From NCBI GenBank assembly GCA_004356455.1, contig SMWZ01000029.1, positions 12,897-76,896 of the forward strand: a DNA stretch of 64,000 bases, written 5' to 3'. The position numbers were made by a program, and so were the translations under genes. Below are positions 28,126-39,098 of this stretch, piece after piece. The notes beneath the pieces are model-generated. The model made no database searches and had not been told where the DNA came from. It saw only the letters and a list, made by a program, of their open reading frames with translations. Position 1 is the first letter of the stretch. Each line of letters starts with the position of its first letter. The stretch is from Deltaproteobacteria bacterium. Its GTDB lineage: Bacteria > Myxococcota_A > UBA9160 > SZUA-336.

Positions 28126-28899
28126 CTACTTGCCCTGCCAGCGGGGCGGGCGCTTCTCGACGAATGCGCGCGGGCCCTCGCGGAAGTCCTCGCTATGGAT
28201 CATTGCGCCAAGTGAGTCATAGCGAGAGTTGATTGCTTCCTCGAGCGAGGCGTGATTAAGCCCGCCCATGGCGGCCTGCTTGCTGCCTCGCACCGAGAGC
28301 GGCGCACAGGCAAGGATATCGTCCGCCCAGCGACGCGCCGCGCTCATGAGCTCAGCGCGCGGTACCACCTCGTTTACGATACCGAGCTCGCGCGCCTCGA
28401 CCGCACTCACGCGGCGCCCGGTGAGAATGATGCCCATGGCCCGCTTGAGAGGAATCTGCCGCGGCAGCCGATGCAGGCCCCCGGCCAGCGCCGCCAGACC
28501 AACGCGGGGCTCCGGTAGGGCGAACACGGCCTCCTCCGCGGCCACGATCAGGTCGCAGGCGAGCGCGATCTCGAATCCGCCGCCCATGGCTACGCCGTTA
28601 ACAGCAGCGATGACCGGCTTGGTGTTGTCGAAGCGGTGGGTCAGGCCGGCGAAGCCAGAGTCCGGGAGCTCAAACTTTCCCCCGGCCGCGGTGTACTTGA
28701 GGTCGTTCCCCGCGCAGAACGCCTTATTACCGGCGCCCGTGATAATGGCAACCCAGAGCTCCGCATCCGCGACGAACTCATCGAATATCTTGGCCAATTC
28801 CTGGTTGGCCGGCGGGTGCAGGCTGTTCCTCACCTCGGGCCGGTTTAGGGTGACGATCAAGATATGACCCTCTCGCTCCAGCTTGCAGAACTCGGGCAT
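28126..28899 (-). CDS. enoyl-CoA hydratase/isomerase family protein
   Basis: 257 aa crotonase fold (AFCAGNDL, AMGGGFEIALACD). Confidence 0.85.
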   Translation of the reverse strand: MPEFCKLEREGHILIVTLNRPEVRNSLHPPANQELAKIFDEFVADAELWVAIITGAGNKAFCAGNDLKYTAAGGKFELPDSGFAGLTHRFDNTKPVIAAVNGVAMGGGFEIALACDLIVAAEEAVFALPEPRVGLAALAGGLHRLPRQIPLKRAMGIILTGRRVSAVEARELGIVNEVVPRAELMSAARRWADDILACAPLSVRGSKQAAMGGLNHASLEEAINSRYDSLGAMIHSEDFREGPRAFVEKRPPRWQGK

Positions 28900-28963
28900 G
28901 ACCTCGCTCTCCCCTGGTAAGCTCGGGCAGCATACACGTTCTGGGAGCTAAGGGAGTGAAGGA

Positions 28964-29734
28964 ATGAGCGAGCTGTTTTCGGTCAAGGGCAAAGTCGTCC
29001 TGGTGACGGGGGGATCCCGTGGAATCGGTCTAATGATCGCGCGGGGCTTCGTCGAGGCGGGCGCCAAGGTCTATATCTCGTCGCGCAAAAAGCAGGTCTG
29101 CGATGAGGTTGCACGGGAGCTCTCCGAGCTGGGGAACTGTATCTCGGTCCCAGCCGATCTCTCCAGCGAGGCCGGCGTCGAGCAGCTGGCGGGCGAGATC
29201 GCGGGTCGTGAATCCTCGCTGCACGTGCTGGTGAACAATGCGGGCGCCAACTGGGGAGCGCCGTTTGCAGACTACCCGGCCTCAGCCTTCGACAAGCTCT
29301 TCGCCCTGAACGTCAAGGCGGTCTTTCTGCTCACGCGTGAGCTCGTACCACTGCTCGAGCAGGCCGCGCGGCCCGGCGATCCCGCGCGCGTGATCAACGT
29401 TGGCTCGGCCGACGGCGTCCGGCCACCAGCGCTCGAGGTCTACGCCTACGGCGCCAGCAAGGCAGCCCTGCACCATCTCACCCGTCACCTGGCGCGCAAG
29501 CTTGCACGGCAGCTCATCACCGTGAACGCCGTCGCGCCCGGCCCCTTCGAGAGCAAGATGATGGAGGCCACGCTGGAGAAGCTGCGCGAGCAAGTGATCG
29601 CGGCCGTTCCGCTCAGACGGATCGGGGAGCCCGAGGACATGGCCGGCATCGCGATCTACCTCGCGTCCCGGGCGGGCGCCTACGTGACGGGCACGGTCAT
29701 CTCCGTGGACGGGGGCATGGCCACCTGTGGCTAG
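28964..29734 (+). CDS. SDR-family oxidoreductase
   Basis: TGGSRGIG Rossmann motif and YxxxK catalytic dyad (YGASKAAL). Confidence 0.85.
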   Translation: MSELFSVKGKVVLVTGGSRGIGLMIARGFVEAGAKVYISSRKKQVCDEVARELSELGNCISVPADLSSEAGVEQLAGEIAGRESSLHVLVNNAGANWGAPFADYPASAFDKLFALNVKAVFLLTRELVPLLEQAARPGDPARVINVGSADGVRPPALEVYAYGASKAALHHLTRHLARKLARQLITVNAVAPGPFESKMMEATLEKLREQVIAAVPLRRIGEPEDMAGIAIYLASRAGAYVTGTVISVDGGMATCG

Positions 29735-31056
29735 ACAACGCCCGGCTCTGCCGCTGGCAGTCTCAAGAAGCCAAGCACCCCGATCGCGATCAGGTAGAGC
29801 GCAATGAAGGTCTCGAAGGCCAGATCGTAGCTGCCCCGGCGGTCGAAGACGTAGCCGGCGAAGGGCACGCCCAGCATCTGGATCGGAAGCATGCAGGGAC
29901 TCATCAGTCCCATGACACGACCGAAGGCAAAGCGGCCGAAGGCGGCCCCGATAAGCGCTCCCCAGAGCGGGATGAGCCCGCCCATGCCCAACCCAAAAAA
30001 GGCGGACGCCACAAGCAACGAGCTATAGCCGCTCGCCTTCAGGACCAGACCGACCCCGAGCGCCTGCAGCCCGCTGGCCAGCCAGAAACCCACGCGCTTG
30101 TCCCCATGATCCGTAAGCCAGCCGAAGAGCAGCTTCCCGATCACGCCCATGCCGGCCATGCAGGAGAGCACATACGCCGCCGCTTCCGACGAGATGCCGA
30201 GGTCCGTCGCGTGCGGGATGATGTGTGTCAGGATCGCCCCCATCGCGCAGAAGTTCAACGCGACCGCGATGGAGATGATCCAGAAGTTGGCATCGCGGAA
30301 TGTGTGTCGAGCGGACCAGTTGAAGGAGGCCGCATGGTCAATGATCTGACCCCCGGGGGCCAGTGGGAGCGTTGGCTCGAGCGGCTCCAGCGAGCCTGCG
30401 CAGTCGCGCACACCCTCGCTCCCGTCCGGCTCGAGCCCGAGGTCCTCGGGCCGATCGACGATCGTGAGCCACACGATGGGCAGCACGACGACCAAAGTCA
30501 CACCTGCGAAGAGAACGAAGGTGAGACGCCAGCCGTAGCTCGCGATGAGCTGAGTCGCGACCGGGGCCATGACCAGGCCCGAAGCGGAGATGCCCATGGT
30601 GGCGATCCCCAGCGCGATGCCCCTGCGCCGGATGAACCAGTTGGCGACGAGCGTCGACCCCGAGAGACCCCCGAGCATGGCGGCACCGACGGCCAGTATG
30701 GTCCCCAGGATGAAGTGGAAGTGCCAGAGCTCACTGACCTGCGAGATCAGCAAGAACCCGGCGCCCATGAGAACGGCGCCCAGCGCCATGATGTTTCGGA
30801 TGGAGCCCCGGTCGAGGGCGCGTCCGAGAAAGGGCGCGAAGATACCCGTGACCAGCTGCATCACCGTGAGTCCGATCGAGACCCCGAGACGCGATCCTCC
30901 GAAGTCCGCTTCGAGCGCTTTGAAGAAGGCGCCGTAAGCGTAGAAGATGAACCCCACCGAGACGAAGTGTGTGAGGGAGGTGACGAGAACGATTCTCCAG
31001 CCCGTGAACACGGACGCCAGCTTCGCATGAGCCCACCGGCTGTCAAGTGACCTCAT
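29731..31056 (-). CDS. MFS transporter
   Basis: 441 aa with 12 predicted TM and MFS loop motifs. The annotated start overlaps the divergent neighbour, so the true start is probably internal. Confidence 0.75.
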   Translation of the reverse strand: MRSLDSRWAHAKLASVFTGWRIVLVTSLTHFVSVGFIFYAYGAFFKALEADFGGSRLGVSIGLTVMQLVTGIFAPFLGRALDRGSIRNIMALGAVLMGAGFLLISQVSELWHFHFILGTILAVGAAMLGGLSGSTLVANWFIRRRGIALGIATMGISASGLVMAPVATQLIASYGWRLTFVLFAGVTLVVVLPIVWLTIVDRPEDLGLEPDGSEGVRDCAGSLEPLEPTLPLAPGGQIIDHAASFNWSARHTFRDANFWIISIAVALNFCAMGAILTHIIPHATDLGISSEAAAYVLSCMAGMGVIGKLLFGWLTDHGDKRVGFWLASGLQALGVGLVLKASGYSSLLVASAFFGLGMGGLIPLWGALIGAAFGRFAFGRVMGLMSPCMLPIQMLGVPFAGYVFDRRGSYDLAFETFIALYLIAIGVLGFLRLPAAEPGVV

Positions 31057-32300
31057 CCAGCACCGCGTTCAACCAAGCGGTCCAGCGAAATCTTCGACGC
31101 AACTACCTGGTACAGCTCGCGCACGGCTTGTTCGGGCAGACGGGGTTCCGCCTGATTCAGGCGCCCACCTTCATCCCAGCGTATGTCTATACGCTCTCGG
31201 GATCCGAGCTGATGGTGGGCGTGGCCCGTGCGTGTCAGGCGCTGGGTCAAGCGCTAACACCGGTGCTGGGGGCGACTCTGGTGGAGCATCGGCGGCGTGT
31301 GCTCTCGCTAGCGCTCGTAGTGGGCGCGCTCATGCGCCTGCAGGTGCTGGGAATCGCCTTGGCCGGGATTCTCCTCTCCGCAACCTGGAACCTGGTTGCG
31401 CTGTGCCTGCTGCTGGGGCTCTTCGGTTTCTTCCTCGGCATTCAGGGCGTGGTCTTCAATTTTCTGCGTGCGAAGACGATTCCGCCCGAGCAACGCGGCC
31501 TGCTGGCGGGTCTGCGAAATGCGCTCGCCGGTGTCTGTGCCAGCGCGGTGGCCTATCTGGGTGGGCGCTACCTGATCGAGCCCGAGGTGCTCGGGAACGG
31601 CTACGCGGCGGTATTCGGGGTTGCCTTCCTGCTCACGGCGTTGGGACTCTCGATGCTCGCGCTGGTGCGCGAGCCCGATTCTCCCGAGGTGCGCGAGCGA
31701 TCCGGTGTGATGGCGCGGCTGCGCGACCTGCCCGCGCTGATGCGCTCGGACCGCAATTTCACCATGTACTTCCTGGCGCGTGCGCTCGGAAGCATGGGAC
31801 GCATGGCGCTGCCCTACTACGTGCTCTTCGCCGGCACCCGGGTCGAGCTGACGGGGGGCACGCTCGGCATCCTGACCGCGGCATTTCTCATCGGACAGAC
31901 CGGCATCAACCTGATCTGGGGCATCCTCGCCGACCGACGCGGCTTCCGCATCGTCTTCAACGCGTCGCTCCTGGTCTGGATCCTGGCGGTCTTGCTGCTG
32001 ATGCAGACCACGGATCTGCTGCCGCTCAGTTTTGCCTTCGTGGCGCTGGGCACGGGCGTGGGAGGGTTCATGCTGGCGGCGCAGAACCTGGTGTTGGAGT
32101 TCGGGTCGCTCAAGAACCTCCCCATGCGCATCGCGGTTGCCAACTCCGTCAGCGAGCTCACGACGATCGTGGGGCCGCTCCTGGGCGGTGTGCTTGTAAT
32201 GAGCGTGTCGTATCTACCGGTATTCTGGATCGCGATCGTGTTCAAGTGCGCCGCGATCGTGATCATGACTCGCTACGTGTCCGAGCCGCGGCACCGTTGA
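31047..32300 (+). CDS. MFS transporter
   Basis: 417 aa with 12 TM. Divergent from the previous MFS gene. Start uncertain. Confidence 0.75.
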   Translation: MTSSSTAFNQAVQRNLRRNYLVQLAHGLFGQTGFRLIQAPTFIPAYVYTLSGSELMVGVARACQALGQALTPVLGATLVEHRRRVLSLALVVGALMRLQVLGIALAGILLSATWNLVALCLLLGLFGFFLGIQGVVFNFLRAKTIPPEQRGLLAGLRNALAGVCASAVAYLGGRYLIEPEVLGNGYAAVFGVAFLLTALGLSMLALVREPDSPEVRERSGVMARLRDLPALMRSDRNFTMYFLARALGSMGRMALPYYVLFAGTRVELTGGTLGILTAAFLIGQTGINLIWGILADRRGFRIVFNASLLVWILAVLLLMQTTDLLPLSFAFVALGTGVGGFMLAAQNLVLEFGSLKNLPMRIAVANSVSELTTIVGPLLGGVLVMSVSYLPVFWIAIVFKCAAIVIMTRYVSEPRHR

Positions 32301-32308
32301 GATGCCGG

Positions 32309-33091
32309 CTAAATTCCACCCTCGTACTCACGACCGCGCACGCACCGGTAGGGGCGCCGTCCCGACGTCCCCCCGCCCTCGATATAGGCGCAAGCCGCAC
32401 TCGCAAAGTGGGCCGAGATGGCTCGCCGAAAAGACCGCGAACGGTTTCGTCCGGACCCGTGTAGCAGGAGTGGATGGAAGAACACCGAATCTCCCGGCTG
32501 CATCTCCAGATGGAGCCGGTCCGGGTGCCTGCCCACGCCGGCCGCACCAAAATAGGCGAGGTTGAGGTGCTCCCAGTCAGGATTCTCGTGTTTGAGAAGC
32601 TCCCCACGATGCGAGCCCGGGACGACGACGAGGCAGCCGTTCTCCTTCGTGATCCGTTGCAGCGCGGTCCAAATCGCTACGATTTTGTTGGCCGGACGGA
32701 AGGGAAAGTAGAGCAGGTCCTGGTGCAGGGGGTGGCGGCCGTCCACGTTGGGCGGCTTGTTGATGAGCATGGTGTGGATCGATTTAATATCGGGACCCAC
32801 GAAGTCCTCGACCCAGTCCAACAGCCTGTCGTGGAGCGCGTAGCTGTAGAGGACGGGATCGTTCTCGAAGTCCTGAAGCTTGGCGATGGCCTCGGCTGGC
32901 GATTTCGGATTGATGACACCCTTCGCGACCATCACGTCGCGCATCACGAGCATATGCTCGGCGGGCTCAACCTCACCGTTGACGATGGCCTCAAAGCGCT
33001 CGAGCCAGACCGCCAGCTCGTCCTGCCCGAACAGGCGGGGCACCACGAGATACCCCTGCTTCTGGTAGAATTGCGCCTGCTCCGGAGTCAC
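32309..33091 (-). CDS. phytanoyl-CoA dioxygenase (PhyH) family Fe(II)/2-oxoglutarate oxygenase
   Basis: 260 aa. N-terminal FYQKQGYLVV and HxD…H facial triad. Confidence 0.8.
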   Translation of the reverse strand: MTPEQAQFYQKQGYLVVPRLFGQDELAVWLERFEAIVNGEVEPAEHMLVMRDVMVAKGVINPKSPAEAIAKLQDFENDPVLYSYALHDRLLDWVEDFVGPDIKSIHTMLINKPPNVDGRHPLHQDLLYFPFRPANKIVAIWTALQRITKENGCLVVVPGSHRGELLKHENPDWEHLNLAYFGAAGVGRHPDRLHLEMQPGDSVFFHPLLLHGSGRNRSRSFRRAISAHFASAACAYIEGGGTSGRRPYRCVRGREYEGGI

Positions 33092-33128
33092 GTCTCTATT
33101 CTAGCGTGGCGGGGAGACAATCCTAACC

Positions 33129-34475
<1,347 letters not shown>

Positions 34476-34481
34476 ACAAAA

Positions 34482-34510
34482 GGCCAGCGCCGACCGCGTC
34501 GGCGACGGCC
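34482..34510. terminator. GC-rich hairpin between convergent genes (GGCCAGCGCCGAC-CGC-GTCGGCGACGGCC); likely a bidirectional terminator
   Basis: Near-perfect inverted repeat followed by a T-containing tract. Lies between the stop codons of the GH1 gene and the repeat-protein gene. Confidence 0.45.
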
Positions 34511-34546
34511 TTCCGTCTCTGCGGGCGTCAGCCTCGGAGCTAAAAT

Positions 34547-35296
34547 CTACCTGCGACCGCCGCGCTGTCCTCGGCTGCCTCGATGTCCCTGGCGGTCGCT
34601 GCGCTGGTCCGCGCGGTCGTTGCGCCGGTCCACGCGGTCGCTGCGCCGGTCCACGCGGTCGTTGCGCCGGTCCACGCGGTCGCTGCGCCGGTCCGCGCGT
34701 CGATCCGTTACGTCGCTGCGCCGGTCCTGGCGTCGCTCGGCACGCTCGCCGTGCCGGTCCTGACGTCGCTCGGCCCGCTCGCTGCGCCGCTCCTGGCGTT
34801 GCTCGGCCCGCTGCCTGCGCCGCTCGGCCCGCTCACCATCTTGACCCTGGCGCTCGCCCGCGTGCTCGCCCCGTCGGTCCAGCTGGTTATCGATGCGCTC
34901 GCCCTTGCGATCCAGGCGCCGGTCGATGCGGTCGCCCTTGTTGTCCAGGCGCTGGTCGATGCGATCGCCTCTGCGATCCAGACGCTCTTGGATACGGTCG
35001 CCTTTCCGGTCCAGGCGTTCGGCCAGACCGTGCCTACCCGCTTCCTCAGCTCGCTCCGACAGGCGATCGAAGTGCTCATCCATGCGCTCGCCCTTACGAT
35101 CCAGGCGCTCGTTCACGCGGTCGCCCCTGCGATCCAGGCGTTCATCGATGCGATCACCCTGGCGATCGAGACGCTGCTCGATGCGGTCGCCCTTGCGGTC
35201 GAGCCGATCTTCAAGCTCCGCCTCGGCCAGGGCGGGGCCCGTGGCCAAACCCAAACCCGTAGCCATCACAACCGAATACAGACCTAGCCTGCTCAT
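34547..35296 (-). CDS. secreted, extremely charged tandem-repeat protein (11-mer LDRKGDRIxxR repeats, then ERAERRQDR and 7-mer DRVDRRN repeats)
   Basis: Signal peptide MSRLGLYSVVMATGLGLATGPALA. About 16 copies of an 11-residue repeat encoded by 33-bp DNA repeats. The C-terminus has 21-bp repeats. The plus-strand ORFs over this region are repeat artefacts. Confidence 0.65.
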   Translation of the reverse strand: MSRLGLYSVVMATGLGLATGPALAEAELEDRLDRKGDRIEQRLDRQGDRIDERLDRRGDRVNERLDRKGERMDEHFDRLSERAEEAGRHGLAERLDRKGDRIQERLDRRGDRIDQRLDNKGDRIDRRLDRKGERIDNQLDRRGEHAGERQGQDGERAERRRQRAEQRQERRSERAERRQDRHGERAERRQDRRSDVTDRRADRRSDRVDRRNDRVDRRSDRVDRRNDRADQRSDRQGHRGSRGQRGGRR

Positions 35297-35521
35297 TTCT
35301 GAAATCTCCTCAGAGACGGTGCCTATGGCCCCCCCCGTTCACCCGTCAAACCGGCGAGCGTCCCAACGGTTTCGTTGGCGGGCCGAGCTGCCTAGGAGCT
35401 GCCGGTTCGGCCAGGCGCTGCCAGCGGCCGTCCGTTCGCGCGTTATCGGCCACCCGCCCGCGCCGCTGAAGCGCCCTCTCTTCTTACGCGTAACTTTCTC
35501 TGGAGAGCTGATCGCCCAGCC

Positions 35522-35854
35522 TCAGGCGCGTCGGGCCTTCCACTGGTAGCGCGTAAGCGGGATCCAACCCCGTCGGTCGCAGCGCACCCCCTCGCGCTCG
35601 AGCAGGCGCAGCTGCAAGCCCTCCCATCCCGGAAGCGCGCGCGGGCTGACCTGCCCCCTGGCGTTGATCACCCTCTGCCACGGGACGCGGCTGCCGTGGG
35701 GCAGCGCGTGCAGCGCGTAGCCCACGAGCCTGGCGTGCCTGGGAAAGCCCGCCAGCCGGGCCACCTGACCGTAGGTCGCCACCCGGCCGCGCGGAATACG
35801 CTTTACGACCACGTAGATCCCGGCGTAGCTGCTTTTGGATCCCCCTCTCGTCAC
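35522..35854 (-). CDS. alkyltransferase-like (ATL) protein: MGMT-fold DNA-binding protein lacking the catalytic cysteine
   Basis: 110 aa MGMT C-terminal fold (YGQVARLAGFP…). The active-site PCHRV is replaced by PWQRV (Cys to Trp), as in ATL proteins. Confidence 0.7.
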   Translation of the reverse strand: MTRGGSKSSYAGIYVVVKRIPRGRVATYGQVARLAGFPRHARLVGYALHALPHGSRVPWQRVINARGQVSPRALPGWEGLQLRLLEREGVRCDRRGWIPLTRYQWKARRA

Positions 35855-35889
35855 GCGGCAATCTTATCCGAGCGCATCTCAGTCTAAAC

Positions 35890-37038
35890 TTGACTAATTT
35901 GTCCAGTTTGGTAGACAGCCAACCCATGGGTCAGATCAGCGAAGCCGACGTGCTCGAGGCGCTGCGCCCGATCGAGGATCCTGACTTCCATCGCTCGATC
36001 GTCGACCTGGGCTTCGTCAAGAACGTCCAGCTCGACGGAGGGCGCGTGTCCTTCGCGATCGAGCTCACGACGCCGGCCTGTCCCGTGAAGGAGCAGTTCA
36101 AGCAAGCCGCCGAGCGGGCGGTGTCCGCCCTCGCGGGCGTGAACGAGGTCGAGGTCACCATGACCGCGAACACGCGCGGCTCGAGGCCCAGCTCGGGCAA
36201 CGGCGGCAAGCCAGAGATCCTGAAGAGCGTCCGCAACGTGATCGCAGTCGCCAGCGGTAAAGGGGGCGTAGGCAAGTCGACCGTGGCCGTCAACCTCGCC
36301 CTCGCGCTCCAGCAGCTCGGCGCCCGGGTGGGGGTTCTCGACTGCGATATCTATGGCCCCTCGATTCCCCTCATGCTCCACGTCTCGGGTGAGCCGCGCG
36401 TGACGCCCGAGCGAAAGCTCGTGCCCAAGGAAAGCTACGGGCTCGAGCTGATGTCGATCGGGTTCCTGGCTGGCGAGGACGCGCCCGTGATCTGGCGCGG
36501 ACCGATGGTGCACGGCATTATTCGTCAGTTCCTCTCCGACGTGCTGTGGGGCGAGCTCGACTATCTGGTGCTCGACCTGCCTCCGGGCACGGGCGACGCC
36601 GCGCTTACACTCACACAGACCGCTCCCCTCTCGGGCGCGATCATTGTGACCACCCCCCAAGAGGTGGCGCTGATCGACGCGCGCAAGGGGCTCAAGATGT
36701 TCCAGCGCGTCAACGTGCCGGTGCTCGGGATCGTCGAGAACATGAGCTACTTCATCTGCTCCGGCTGCCAGCAGCGCCACACGCTCTTCGGCGAGGGCGG
36801 AGTCGAGCGTACCGCTGAGGATCTGGGCGTACCGCTGCTGGTGAAGATTCCGCTGCAGCCCGACGTCGTCGCTGCGGGGGACAAGGGCAATCCCACCGTG
36901 CTCTCGGCACCCGGCTCGCCCGCGGGCGAGGCCTTTATCGAGCTGGCCGGCACCGTGGCACGCAAGCTCTCGCTCCTGACCGCGGAGGCCCCGCCACTCC
37001 TCGACGGCAACATCGAGTGGGTGAACACGCCGGGATGA
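35890..37038 (+). CDS. apbC: Mrp/NBP35-family iron-sulfur cluster carrier ATPase (ApbC) with an N-terminal DUF59/FeS-assembly domain
   Basis: Walker A motif GKGGVGKST. The CxxC motif (CSGCQQ) near the C-terminus. N-terminal MIP18-like domain. Confidence 0.85.
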   Translation: MTNLSSLVDSQPMGQISEADVLEALRPIEDPDFHRSIVDLGFVKNVQLDGGRVSFAIELTTPACPVKEQFKQAAERAVSALAGVNEVEVTMTANTRGSRPSSGNGGKPEILKSVRNVIAVASGKGGVGKSTVAVNLALALQQLGARVGVLDCDIYGPSIPLMLHVSGEPRVTPERKLVPKESYGLELMSIGFLAGEDAPVIWRGPMVHGIIRQFLSDVLWGELDYLVLDLPPGTGDAALTLTQTAPLSGAIIVTTPQEVALIDARKGLKMFQRVNVPVLGIVENMSYFICSGCQQRHTLFGEGGVERTAEDLGVPLLVKIPLQPDVVAAGDKGNPTVLSAPGSPAGEAFIELAGTVARKLSLLTAEAPPLLDGNIEWVNTPG

Positions 37039-37358
37039 AGATCGTCCGCTGGGACGCCGCCGCACACCGATTCTCCCCCGAGAAGATGCAGAAGGTCGGA
37101 CTCTTCTCCTCGGAGCGATTCTTCCTCGACCTCTACTGCCTCGAGCCCGGACAGTCACAGAAGCCGCACGCGCACGATGGCTCCGACAAGGTCTACCTGG
37201 TGGTGGAGGGACGCGGTCGCTTCCGGGTGGCCGGGGAGGAGCAGAGCCTCGGCGCGGGCGAGGGCGTGATGGCCGGCGCGGGGGACGTTCACGGCATCGC
37301 GAACGACTCCGAGGAGCGGCTGGTGGTGCTTACGCTCATGGCTCCACCTCCGCAGTAA
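37035..37358 (+). CDS. cupin-domain protein
   Basis: Cupin motifs (HAHDGSDKVYLVVEG…GDVHGIAN). ATGA overlap with the apbC stop. Confidence 0.65.
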   Translation: MKIVRWDAAAHRFSPEKMQKVGLFSSERFFLDLYCLEPGQSQKPHAHDGSDKVYLVVEGRGRFRVAGEEQSLGAGEGVMAGAGDVHGIANDSEERLVVLTLMAPPPQ

Positions 37359-38568
37359 GGAGCGCCCGACCCTCCGAGTCCCGCGGCGGCTCGATGCCCA
37401 GGAGCCACGTCACGGTGGGCGCCACGTCGATGGCACGCACTGGACCGAGCTTGGTCCCAGGCGCCACACCTCGTCCCATCGCGTAGAAGATTCCGCCCAT
37501 CTCGGGCTCGTCTGGCGCATAGCCATGCCCGCCCTGCACCCGCCCGAGACGACGCAGCACCCGCTGCATCAAGGACGCGCGCTGGAAGCCGTACGGCGGC
37601 CGCGTGAGCACCACAATGTCGGCGCTACGCTGGGGGTGGTAGGCGCGCAGCTCCGGCGGGAGCTCTTCGCTGGCGTAGGCCCGGACATTCTCGGTCTGCG
37701 ACAGCACCGAGAGCGCCCGCTCGCGTTGACCTCGATCGCGGAGCAGTAGATACGCCGTGCCCCCCGCGTGGATGACGCGGGTCCGGATTCCCTCGGCCGC
37801 CAGCAGGCCCTTGACGTCGATGCTCCGGCTCACCTCCGCCATGCCATGATCGCTCACGACCAGTAGCGTGGTCCGAGCCCAGGCCCTGCGCGCGTCCAGG
37901 CCCTCGAGCAGCCGTGTGAGCTCGCGATCTTGCCACGCGAGCTGCCTGGAGACGCTGCGATCATCCGGACCGCGCTCGTGGCCGGCGGCGTCGCAGCCGT
38001 GCCACCAGGAGAGGATGAGGCGGGGCCTCTCCGGCTCGGGCAGGTCCAGCCAGGCCAGCACCTGATCCACCTTCTCACTTTCGGGCACGCCGCTGTCGAA
38101 CGGTGACTTGCGATAGCTCGCCCCGGTCCCGTTCCAGTCGTTCTCCGAGCCCACCCAGAAGAAGACCGCCGCACGCACCCCCTGCCGCTCAGCCGCCACC
38201 CACAGCGGCTCGGCCTCGATCCAGCTGGCATCGTTGGAGTAGTGGAAGGTCCCACGTTCGCGATCGTGGAAGCTGTTCCCGACGATGCCGTGGCGATCGG
38301 CGTAGGTCCCGGTCGCCAGCGCGACGTGATTGGGAAAGGTGTTGGCCGGAAACACCGGCACCAGCCGCTCCGCGCGCACGCCCTCGCTCGCCATGCGCTC
38401 CAGCGCCGGCAGCGAAGTGCGCTCGGGGAAATCGTGGCGCGTACCGTCCCACGAGAGCAGGATCACGACGGGGTCAGGGGCTCCTGTGGAGCTCGGCAGG
38501 ACCAGCGCGGGCAACGCTGAGCAAAGTACCAGCCTCGGGAGTTTCGCTATGATGTCTTTAATTCGCAT
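37336..38568 (-). CDS. ectonucleotide pyrophosphatase/phosphodiesterase (NPP, alkaline-phosphatase superfamily) with a signal peptide
   Basis: ILLSWDGTRHDF…FPNHVALATGTYADRHGIVGN. Start taken at MRIKDIIAKLPRLVLC… Overlaps the cupin gene 3' end by ~20 nt. Confidence 0.75.
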   Translation of the reverse strand: MRIKDIIAKLPRLVLCSALPALVLPSSTGAPDPVVILLSWDGTRHDFPERTSLPALERMASEGVRAERLVPVFPANTFPNHVALATGTYADRHGIVGNSFHDRERGTFHYSNDASWIEAEPLWVAAERQGVRAAVFFWVGSENDWNGTGASYRKSPFDSGVPESEKVDQVLAWLDLPEPERPRLILSWWHGCDAAGHERGPDDRSVSRQLAWQDRELTRLLEGLDARRAWARTTLLVVSDHGMAEVSRSIDVKGLLAAEGIRTRVIHAGGTAYLLLRDRGQRERALSVLSQTENVRAYASEELPPELRAYHPQRSADIVVLTRPPYGFQRASLMQRVLRRLGRVQGGHGYAPDEPEMGGIFYAMGRGVAPGTKLGPVRAIDVAPTVTWLLGIEPPRDSEGRALLTAEVEP

Positions 38569-38598
38569 GAGCAGAGAACGGCTCGAGCGAGGGGACGA

Positions 38599-39093
38599 AT
38601 GAGGATTCAATACTTTAAAACTCGTGCGAGGGCCATCATCGCGGCCGCAGTGCTAGTTGGCATGGTCCCGACGTTCGCTGGAGGTTGCTTCGGCACCTTC
38701 CAGCTGACCGAGAAAGTCTACGATTTTAACAGGACGATCTCTCACGATAAGTGGATCCAATGGTTCGCTTTTCTGGTCTTCGCCATCGTCCCGATCTACC
38801 TGATCTCGTTCGGGGTTGATCTGGTCTTGGCCAACTCGGTGGAGTTCTGGGGCGGACGCAACCCGATCACGGCCTATGGCCCAAATGGCGAGATCCTGAC
38901 GGCCACCCCTGTCTCCGACGGGATGGTTCGGCTCGAGATCACAGACGCGAAGGGAAGTAAGCATACCCTCCTGCTCGTGCGTGAAGCCGAGAGCATTGCC
39001 GCCTTCAGCACGTCGGGCAGCGTGCTGGCGAGGGTCGCGGATGTGAACGGAAAGCCCGCCATCGTGGGAGGTCTTCTCGCCCGAGAGCCTTAG
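38599..39093 (+). CDS. DUF3332-family lipoprotein/membrane protein
   Basis: Lipobox FAGGC. Conserved LTEKVYDFNRTISHDKW…EFWGGRNP. Confidence 0.6.
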   Translation: MRIQYFKTRARAIIAAAVLVGMVPTFAGGCFGTFQLTEKVYDFNRTISHDKWIQWFAFLVFAIVPIYLISFGVDLVLANSVEFWGGRNPITAYGPNGEILTATPVSDGMVRLEITDAKGSKHTLLLVREAESIAAFSTSGSVLARVADVNGKPAIVGGLLAREP

Positions 39094-39098
39094 CCAAG

